Part shown: positions 24,056 to 32,540 of the stretch, piece after piece
Position numbering within the stretch: the first letter of the stretch is position 1
How the letters are laid out: each line of letters starts with the position of its first letter
DNA from: Lama glama
Taxonomy: Eukaryota
NCBI GenBank assembly: GCA_028534125.1
Contig: CM052816.1
Span: 21,702,001-21,766,000, forward strand
Reading direction: 5' to 3'
Length of the DNA stretch: 64,000 nt
Made by a program: the position numbers and the translations under genes
Notes under the pieces: model-generated
What the model saw: only the letters and a program-made list of their open reading frames with translations
Told to the model about the DNA's origin: nothing
The model's database searches: none

Positions 24056-25576
24056 CTCTGTTCTCCCAGCTACTAGGGTCCTGTAAACCCTCCATCCCCC
24101 AGGAGGTGACTTGGGCAGGCCCTCCCCATCTGTCTTAGGAGGGCACTGGGAGCTCTGGTGAGTGTGGAGCCCTGGGTCTGAGGACCATCCATGGCTTTGG
24201 GGAGAGAGTCAGCATGGTATAGGCAGGTCCCACAGCTGCCCAGGGCAAGGACAGGAGGATAAACAGGGTGGGAGGACATAGGAGACAAAGATCGAGGTGG
24301 GTAGAGAGAGAGGGCCACCTCAGTCATTTCCCCACAACATGTCCCCCTAAGCCATTGCCCATACCCCCATCATGGGCTCCCAGTGGAGCTCATTACCCCA
24401 GAAGGGGCCCCAAGGGCAGGGCAAGCCAGAGGCAGCTTAGACTGGCCGTCCAGCCGGGGTTGGCACTGAGTGGCCATTCTCTCTCCCCAGGCTAAATCCA
24501 CAACCAGCTCTGCCCTGACCTGTTCCATACTGACCCCTGTGCCCAAGGGCTTTGCAGAGGACAAGACAGAAATCTCTAGAACAACCCCTGAATCCCCACT
24601 CTCCTAAGCCCCAGCCCCTGTCAGTGAGTGGACTTCTTCTGGATCAGGAAATAGTACCTAAAGTCTCACATGTGGCAAGTGCGGGCCATAAAAAGCCCTT
24701 TGTCCCGCTGGGCCTCTGGCTGTGATTGCAAGAGGAATGATGTCTCAGCTTCCCCTAAGAGCAAACAGAAACTTACTTGCAACTTTGGGCAGATTTTGGT
24801 GAGTTCATCCATGTCCTTATAAACCTTTTCTATGTGATAGTCCTCTTTATATTTCCGAAAGATTTCCTTCAGGGTGGAGATGAAGTCCTTTATAAACTCC
24901 CCATAGCAGAGCTCCTGAAACAGAGTCGGGGCCATTGAGTTGGTGGTGGTACTGGCTGACCCCAAATTCATCCATCCCTGGTTACCCTGGCCAAATGGAG
25001 CCGTAGACCCAAATTCAGGCCCTACCCTCCCACAGGAGACCTGTTGGCCCTGCAAGCTTTGCAATGGGTATCTGGTCTCTCCTCAGGCACAGGGCTGCTC
25101 TGGGACGATGATTAGAGAAAGCAGAAAATCCGAGGATCTAGCCGCTGGTGCATCTGCTGGCTGAGCTGGAGACTCTGTCTTCAAACTCTCAGCTCTCTCC
25201 CCAAATTTCTTGACCCAGCATCTTTTGTTCTTTGCCCTGGTGCCAACTGGAGTGATATCTTTCAAAAGCGGTCAGATGTGACCATGGGGTGATTGCTCCT
25301 TACCTCACTGGTGTTCTGGGGCCTTTTGAAGGAACCCTGGAAGCAGGAAAAGTTCGTCAGAAGCACAGCTTTTGTCAGAGGTCCCTGAGAGCAAAGTGAT
25401 GTTTGATGAAGACCCAGACTTACGTTGTATATAATGTTGTCAGCTGTAAGTTCTTTCTGAATCTCAGCGCAGACTGCCGTGTGATTGTCCTGGAGAGATG
25501 TGCTGGCCATCTTCATTCGGGCGGAATGGCTTTCCAAGCCCCAGAGCACACAAGCCAGGAGCACATACAGATACAT
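23845..25576 (-). CDS. KK34: Secreted four-helix cytokine of the IL-3/IL-5/GM-CSF family, 4 exons, 150 aa (probable KK34)
   Basis: join(25424-25576, 25304-25336, 24777-24914, 23845-23973) = 153+33+138+129 = 453 nt, all GT-AG phase 0, open throughout. Protein MYLYVLLACVLWGLESHSARMKMASTSLQDNHTAVCAEIQKELTADNIIYN/GSFKRPQNTSE/ELCYGEFIKDFISTLKEIFRKYKEDYHIEKVYKDMDELTKICPKLQ/PTESHKKCTTETSNFSKFKEALRRVVISIEGWKSCKMIKDIL*. Signal peptide, GM-CSF-like Cys positions, CxTExxxFxxFKExL motif, TATA box and AATAAA present. The name is assigned from synteny and recalled literature. Confidence 0.9.
24015..24056. repeat. (AAC)14 microsatellite in intron 3 of the KK34-like gene
   Basis: Perfect trinucleotide run. 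Confidence 0.97.
24777..24914 (-). CDS. KK34: KK34-like cytokine exon 3 (helices B, C)
   Basis: ctctgtttcag|GAGCTC...TTGCAA|gtaagt; ELCYGEFIKDF...ICPKLQ. Confidence 0.9.
25304..25336 (-). CDS. KK34: KK34-like cytokine exon 2 (33 nt)
   Basis: ttttcctgcttccag|GGTTCC...AGTGAG|gtaagg; GSFKRPQNTSE. Confidence 0.88.
25424..25576 (-). CDS. KK34: KK34-like cytokine exon 1 (signal peptide, helix A)
   Basis: ATG 25576; donor AAC|GTAAGT; 51 codons. Confidence 0.9.
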
Positions 25577-25648
25577 GATACGGCTTGAGGGTAGCTCTAA
25601 GCTGATCTGAGCCCTGGGTTTGGTAGCATTTCTGTGGGGAGAGTTACC

Positions 25649-25733
25649 TATATATATGAGTCTAAGGAAATGCTAAAGCTCTTATCAGTTATCGCTGGTT
25701 TATGTGGAAGACAGAAAGGACCTACCTTATCTC
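25649..25733 (-). promoter_or_regulatory. Promoter of the KK34-like cytokine
   Basis: ATATATATA 25649-25657; CATTTCCT 25665-25672 (CLE0-like); GATA motifs 25682-25687, 25689-25694, 25727-25732. Confidence 0.75.
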
Positions 25734-26867
25734 TGGGCAAGATATGTTTTTCTATGACTACAGCACTCTTAGTGGATTTTTGTCTTTGCTGAAATTCAGA
25801 CTTGGTCTAAGAATTTTTATTCATAATCACATCTCAGTTCATGATCTTTCTGCCTATATATGGGGCAGGTGTTTGGCCAGGACTGGCACTGTCTGCAGGT
25901 GATGGCCAGAGCAGAGAGAGCAAGTGGGGTGGAAAAAGCCAGGCAGGAGCTAAAGCGGTACCAAGCGAGCTTCCCCTGCCCCACCCATCAAGGAGAAGCC
26001 TGGCCTCACTGCCCTCTTGACACTTAGGGACATACTTACTTCCTCACAGACCCCAGGAGGGACGCAGGAGGATGGGTTCAGGAACAAGAGCTCTGGCCTT
26101 ACTGGCAAAGCAAGGGGAAGAAGGAGAGCTGCTGTTTTCTCAGCCTGAAGGACATGAATTTGGGGGGAAAGCGCCACATTGCATGTGAAATTTCATGTGA
26201 AAACAAAAACCAGCTCAAAAAATGCCACACTAGAGCCATATATTAACAAATTTTGAACTTACATTCTGACTCTCAAAAGATTAAGATCACCCATTTTGGG
26301 GAAAGTTTGGTAAATATGCTGAGCTCTGACCCCTGTGGTTTGGTTTCTTTTTCCCTGAACAGCTAGTCTATCTGCTTGTTCATGCTGGGAGTGGTTGAAG
26401 CCTGGAGTGTGAGGGGCAAGGCCCAGCCACAGTTCTAGGCCTCTGAGGGGCACAGGTGTTTTGCTTGATGCTAGGACAGGCCCATTCAACAATGACCAGC
26501 CAAGCCCCAGGAATCCCCTACCTGCCCAAGAAGGACGATGCCCCTTTTCTGGAGCAAGCTTCCCCCTGGCTGGGTTACTTGGACTTCCAAGTGAACCTGG
26601 AAACCTCTCTCTGGGGTAGGAACCCTTGAGCATCCAGGGAAGCATGTTCAGATGTGCAGAACGCTACACACAGGCCTATTCTCACCACCTGTGTGCTCTG
26701 ACAGCACTGCCCCTCCAACTGCCCCGACTGGCTGCAGGCCTCTGCCTCCTCCCCCAACTCCCAGCTTCCTCCTCTCCCTGCCCTGTTGGGGGAGGAGCAT
26801 CTCCAGCATTTGCTTATGGTTGAAAACAAACTGTAAAACTGCACAAGTAAGAACAGATTTTTAATAA

Positions 26868-26962
26868 TTTATTATTATGTAAAACATCTTGAAATAAATA
26901 TGGAGTGTGAGCTTAAATAAATAAATAAATAAATATTAAAATACATAAATATATAAATAAAT
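26868..26962 (-). promoter_or_regulatory. CSF2: CSF2 3' UTR AU-rich element and polyA signal
   Basis: Clustered, overlapping ATTTA at 26891-26962; AATAAA 26868-26873. Confidence 0.9.
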
Positions 26963-27180
26963 ATTACTGATCCCTGCCAGTGTACGACAGCTCCCATTCC
27001 CCTACCATGGCTGTATCGGGGTCGACATGACCCAGAGCAATCTGTGGCCCCTACAGCCCTGGCCCCCACTGTGGTCCCTCCAAGGTGAAGATCCTGAGTT
27101 TTGTTTGGCTCTTTGTGGGTAGGAGGGCAGCAGTCTGTGAGGTAAGCTCCCAAGCTGACTTCTGGCTGATTTGGCCTGCT

Positions 27181-27288
27181 TCACTTCTGGACTGGCTCCC
27201 AGCAGTCAAAAGGGATGGTAAAAAGAAAATTTTTCAGATTCTCTTTGAAGCTTTTGAAGGTAATAATCTCGGTTTCACATGGAGTTTC
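27181..27288 (-). CDS. CSF2: CSF2 exon 4
   Basis: poly-T aag|GAAACT...[41 protein letters not shown]. Confidence 0.98.
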   Translation of the reverse strand, partial: ETPCETEIITFKSFKENLKNFLFTIPFDCWEPVQK

Positions 27289-29236
27289 CTTAAAAAAAAA
27301 AAGAAAGAAAGAAAGAAAGAAACTTGAGTCCAGGCGTGAGTGGGTAACGTGGAAGAAGCACCAGCATGCTTTTGTGCTGCCTCTTAGAACTCAAGAGGCC
27401 AGAGGGCCTGTCTGGCGTTTACCTGCTAACTGGGTCAGGTGCACAGCTCTCCCAATGGCAGCTGGGACCGGGGGCCTGGTAAAGTGCCAGCCAGAGGCTG
27501 GTCTGCTAGGTAACTGGGCCACCATCGCCTCTTTGTCCTAGGCCAGGGCAAGGTAGCTGGGCCCGGGCCGTCTCCAGGAGCCCAGAAGGGGCAGGAATCA
27601 AAGCCACAGAGGTCACTCTTCTCCCACAGGAAAGGAATGTTTGGGGCCTTTTCCCATTCCAGGTAAGCCTCTGTCCTTGCTCCCAGGCAACCCAGGCACT
27701 CTATGAGGAGCCAGAGGAAAGTCCTTTTGGAAGGTGACACTTGGGCCCCGGAACTTCCTCTGGGCCTTAGTTAGGCAGGGCGTGAGTTTCCTTGTATTTG
27801 CCTCACCTCTGACCGCGTTAACGGTAAGGACAGCAGTGACAGGTCTAGTAGCAGCTCCCGCTAGGGAGCGCTGTAGGCTCTGGAGCTCCAGGGCTTTAAC
27901 TCCTGGAGTTGAAAATGGGCTGGGCTGCTCCCTCACTGGAGGGGCTAGTCGCTGCAAACCTGCTGACACAGAAACCCTCTGGGGTCCTGAACACCCACAG
28001 CCAGAGTTCTCTCCCTGACCATCCCTCCACCCTCCTAGAATGAGACCTTCCTGCTTGGGGACCTGATGTGGCCACTCACCTCAGTCGGGGGGCAGTGCTG
28101 CTTGTAGTGGCTGGCCATCAAGGTCAAAGGGCTCTTGAGCGAAGTGAGGCTGCCCCGCAGGCCCTGCCTGTACAGCCCCAGGCGAGTCTGCAGGCATGTC
28201 GGCTCCTGTGGGAAATGTCCGTTCCTTGGTGAGCAGGTGGCTGAGTGCACTCTGGTGGGCACAGGACAACCTCCCCATCACTCCTTTCTGTTCTCATCCC
28301 CATCTCCCAAGAGTAAGGCCTGGGAGGGGCACAGGATGATTTCTGACTCATCTTAGGCCGGGTCCAGTCATACATTCTGCCCTGTCCCCCTGCTACTGCA
28401 GGCACAAGTCTGACTCCTCCTCACCACTCAGCTCAGGCCACCCACAGCTAGCACAGCCACATTCTGTTGACCTGGCATCATAAGAGGGTCCCAGCTCCCA
28501 GGAAAGGAGGCCACTGTCCTTTCACCATTCAGGAAGAAGCAGAAGGGGGACCCTCACCAAGACCTGCTGTATGAGCAAGGTTTGTTCCTGAAACCTCTCT
28601 GTGTCCCTCTGTAGCCAGCACCCTGGTTCCACAGGACTTAGTCTCAGGGCACAGTGAGTGCCCAGAGCCCACAGCCCCTGTTCATAACAAAACCCCTGCC
28701 TACCCACCTGTCCCCTGACAACCCCTATCCCTTGAATGTTAGGTCTGTTCACAGCTGCTCAGCTAATAAAGGCGCTCACGTGACTGCCACTGCGGCAAGG
28801 CCAGTGGCTTCCTGAGCAACCCTCTGGCAGCTGGCTGACTAGCAAGAAAGTAGACAACTCTGTGAGGGTCTGTCTAAAATGGAGCCAACCTCCAAGGCAG
28901 AGGCCTTTGGGAAGGTGTGTCAGACAGAAGTATCTTACCTGGGGCTCAAACATTTCAGAGACGACTTCTACTGTTTCATTCTGTAGAAAAGGAAAATGTG
29001 TTACCAAGCTGACAGGCAGGGCAAGTCCAGGCCAGCGAGGTGGCCCAGGCCTGGGCTGTGCTCCCTCCCTCACTCACCATCACAGCATCAGTATCATTAC
29101 TCTCGTTCAGAAGGCTCAGGGCCTCCTTGATGGCATCCACATGCTGCCAAGGCCGGGTGACAGGGCTGGGTGGGCGGGTGGGTGCGGAGATGCTGCAGAC
29201 CACAGTGCCCAGGAGAAGCAGGTTCTGCAGCCACAT
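27181..29236 (-). CDS. CSF2: Granulocyte-macrophage colony-stimulating factor, 4 exons, 144 aa
   Basis: join(29078-29236, 28939-28980, 28080-28205, 27181-27288) = 159+42+126+108 = 435 nt, all GT-AG phase 0. Protein [144 protein letters not shown] is classic GM-CSF. Confidence 0.99.
28080..28205 (-). CDS. CSF2: CSF2 exon 3
   Basis: cccacag|GAGCCG...ACTGAG|gtgagt; EPTCLQTRL...HCPPTE. Confidence 0.98.
28939..28980 (-). CDS. CSF2: CSF2 exon 2
   Basis: ttttctacag|AATGAA...CCCCAG|gtaaga; [14 protein letters not shown]. Confidence 0.97.
29078..29236 (-). CDS. CSF2: CSF2 exon 1 (signal peptide, helix A)
   Basis: ATG at 29236; donor ATG|GTGAGT; 53 codons. Confidence 0.98.
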
Positions 29237-29293
29237 CCTCCAGAGGACTTTAGCCTTTCTCTCTGAGCACTGGGCTCACTGGCAAAAGAGCTC

Positions 29294-29390
29294 TTATATA
29301 CACAGTTAGAGGAAATGATTAATGGTGACCACAAAACGCCAGGGAGGCGGGGGAACTACCTGAACTGTGGAATCTCCTGGCCCTTATCAG
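29294..29390 (-). promoter_or_regulatory. CSF2: CSF2 proximal promoter
   Basis: TATATAA 29294-29300; CLE0 ATTAATCATTTCCTC 29309-29323; RUNX TGTGGT 29328-29333; GC box; kB GGTAGTTCCC 29351-29360; CK-1 GAGATTCCAC 29367-29376; GATA about 29384. Confidence 0.93.
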
Positions 29391-32109
29391 CTACACATGG
29401 AACGGTGAGCCTTTCCCCCAGGTGGTCAGGCTTGGGGGTTTTCATTAATGAGCCCTTCCAAGAATTGGCAGCCCACCTGCCGGCCTTCTTGAGCGTTCTC
29501 CAGCCCTCCCGGACAGTCTGGTGCGAGGCTTCCCCCTCCCTATGAGGGGCCTCTGGGCACAGCTTGGACTTCCTGGCCTGGAGTGGTCGGGGCGGGGCCT
29601 GGGAGACACTGGATCAAGCTTCTGGCCCCTCCTCCCTCCCTGGCTCCCCATCCTGCCTGTTATCCTAAGAAGCCTTTGGTCTGGCTGTGCCCACCCTGGG
29701 GCCTATTCTGATCCCAGCCTTCCCTTCTCCTCCTAGAGCCCACTGTGCTGGCCACAGTGAGAGATTTGAGTATGAGGAAGACTCTCCCAGGCCTGCTCCA
29801 CTGTCTACCTAGGCCAATTCCGGCCAAATGGCATAGTCCTACGACAGCTCACCTCAGCTCCCACCGAGGACCCAGAGCAGTTGGAAAGCTGTGCCCAGCT
29901 GGGGACCTCTGCCCCACAGCACCCGTGAACAGAGGGAATGACAACCGTGTACATGTCCAGCCAGCGATTCCAGAGTGTTCCTTCATGGTGAGATCTCATC
30001 TGACAGCAACAATCCTGGTTTACACAGCCATATTCAGCTCCCAAGCTGCTGAGGTGGGTTGGGGCTCTCAGCTAGGGTGGGTCAGGGTCCTGAGTTCAAA
30101 CCCTGCCTCTAGCACCTTCCCTCTGAGCTGTGTGAGTCTTGTCTCGCTTCCCTCTGCAGGGCAGACTGCCTCTTTGGGGTAGGCACTGCACTCCTATCTA
30201 CAGACCCTGGCAGAGACCAGGCACCAGCAGGGTCACAGCTGCATCCACAGCAGGTACAGGCGATAATGGCTTCTCAACCAAGGTCTTCCAGGCTTAACTT
30301 CCTACATGGCCTCTGCCCCAGCCCACCTCCAGCTCCTGGGGCCTCCCCTGGAACAAGAACTGCTTCTGGAAAAGCCACAGGCTCTTGAGGGACTGACAAG
30401 TGTTTGATTTTCACAATGGAGTTTGGAGAGGACAGCACGAGTTTGTGTTTACTTCCCCATGCCATGAGCTTCGTGGTCAAAGGGGTGTGGGGTCCACACA
30501 TGTATGCTTCTGAGTGTCTGTGTGCCCGTGTGGTTGATGTCTGTACTCACAGGTGTGTCAGGACGGGAGGCTGTTTTATATGAAGGGCGTCTGTGTAATC
30601 AGGTGCCCCTCTAATATGGGAGAAGCTCCTCACACTGGATATGATGTTTCTGGGCCCCAGAGGCTGATTTAGCCTAGATTGATGGGGTCAGACATGGTGA
30701 GGACATTTGCTAAGCTCAGGTGGACAGCCCTTGGAAGCAGGTAAAACTCGTGGTCTGAGTACTGTGGCCCAAGCCTGAAGCCCTGGCAAGTTTCACTGCA
30801 TAGTAACAAGGTGGTTGTCCTTGTAGGGAGAAGCCTGGCCTTAGTCTTCCAGACCCCTCTGGGGTCCCTTCCAGGATCTGGGCCATACCATGAGGCCAGC
30901 CCTACCCTTCTGAGCCTGGTGGAGCATTCCTAGGTGGCCAAGCAAGATGGTGGGGGTTGGGGGGAAGCGATAAGAGTGTGGCATATCCAAGCCCCAGCCC
31001 TTCCTCTACCTTTTTCATGAGACCTCTGCTTAGCCTCTTCCAGGGAGCTCTCAGGGAGCATCAGGGGTTCAGAGGCACTAGATGGATGTGCCACACAGAG
31101 TGGAGATCTGTGTGAGTGCCCTGGATTCTGGGTGGGAGGAATGGACATCACAGGCTGAGGCTAAGCTTGTGGCCAGGGAAACAGAGAAGTGGTGTGGCCT
31201 CTCTGAGATGGGAGGTCACTTTCCTTTTGGAAATGAGTCGTCACAGCTCAGACAGTTAGTCAACAAACTTTTCCAATCTGCACCCAGCCCTGTGCTGGGG
31301 AGGAGATGAATGGGACCCTCCCACTGGCCCTTTTGTCTGGCTCTGAGGCTCTCAGTCCTGTGGAGAAGAGAGATAGCTGTGGTCCCAGCTAGGATGGGGG
31401 AAATTCAGAGGAACCACCAAGGAACCACCAAGGAACCACCTCTCCCACATTGAGGGCCCTAGGAGACCAGAGACCAGCTGCCTCCCTGTGCAGGCTGAAA
31501 GGGCAAATAGAGTCAAGTGGGCAAGTCAGGTTGTGAGAGAGAGAGAGGGAAGGCAGGATGGAGAGAGTGTCTTGGGCATAGATAGGCAGAAGGTTTTAGG
31601 AATAGGTATGGTGAAGAGAAGTCAGTTTCCAGAGAGATTTAGGAGGTATAATCTTGGTGATGTAACGGACTCATTCATTCAGTATTTTTTGAGCATTTCC
31701 TAGGTTCCCAGCAGAGGCAGAGGATACAAGGATGAGGGGGAAACAGGTAGGGCCCTATCTTTATGGACTTTGTAGCCCCATAGGTAGAAGAGCAAGGTTA
31801 ATCTATTCGCCCTCCTCCCCAGAGTATACTGTGGAGTGTAAGTAAGAAGAGTTAGAACCACTGTCCTGGTGTGTAAGGTAGGGACTCAGGGAAAGAAGGA
31901 GCAGGTCTGCAGGATCTAAGGCCCACAGGTTCAACAGTTCAGAGGCTTTGTGGGCAGAAGACAGACCTGGGAGCAATCCGTGTTCATGTGATGACTAAGG
32001 CCATGCAGTGTTTTTTGGGAAGAAGCGCTGAAGGCCAGAACATCAGTGTTTAATGGCCAGGGGCATGACAGCTGAATGAGAGACTGGCCAGGGGTCAGTG
32101 GCCCAGGAA

Positions 32110-32540
32110 GAGTAGGATGGGAAGAGCAGGAGCCACAGGAGAGGAGAGGTCCATGCCACAGGGTGGCTTCCAGGCATGGAAGTTGGCACCCAAAGGCCAG
32201 AAGTCCATGGATTTGGCAGTCAGGTTTGTGGGCAGCCACACGTCTTTCTTTTGGAACGATGACATCAGGGCTGAGGCTATGACATGGGCAGGCATTCCTA
32301 GATTGCACTGCGTGGAAAGTGGCAGTGATAACATCAAGCGGGTATGCTGACTCAGGGGCGCCAAAGGGACTGTGGGAGGGTGAGGGTGGGGACCAAGATG
32401 GGCAGTGTGACTCCTCTTTAGCCCCTTTCCCTCAGGGTCAGGAGAAAATGCTCTGGAAGAGGTTTCCTCTGAGTGTCCCACCCACAGAAACGGCAGCTTC
32501 TGGCCTCTCCGGGATCCTTATCACAGAGGAAGTTATTACA
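32110..32540. promoter_or_regulatory. GM-CSF -3 kb inducible enhancer orthologue
   Basis: About 3 kb upstream of CSF2: RUNX palindrome TGTGGGCAGCCACA 32227-32240, TGGAACGATGACATCA 32252-32267 (GM420-like), TGACTCAGGGGC from 32348 (GM330-like AP-1), GATA about 32518. Confidence 0.75.

Noticed and set aside
23886..24095. ORF with a poly-Val transmembrane-like run
   Set aside because: Translation of the (GTT)n microsatellite, out of frame with the real exon.
31410..31440. GGAACCACCAA x3 direct repeat (also GTGTATGCTCA x3 near 58613-58645)
   Set aside because: Simple slippage duplications without spacers; not an array system.
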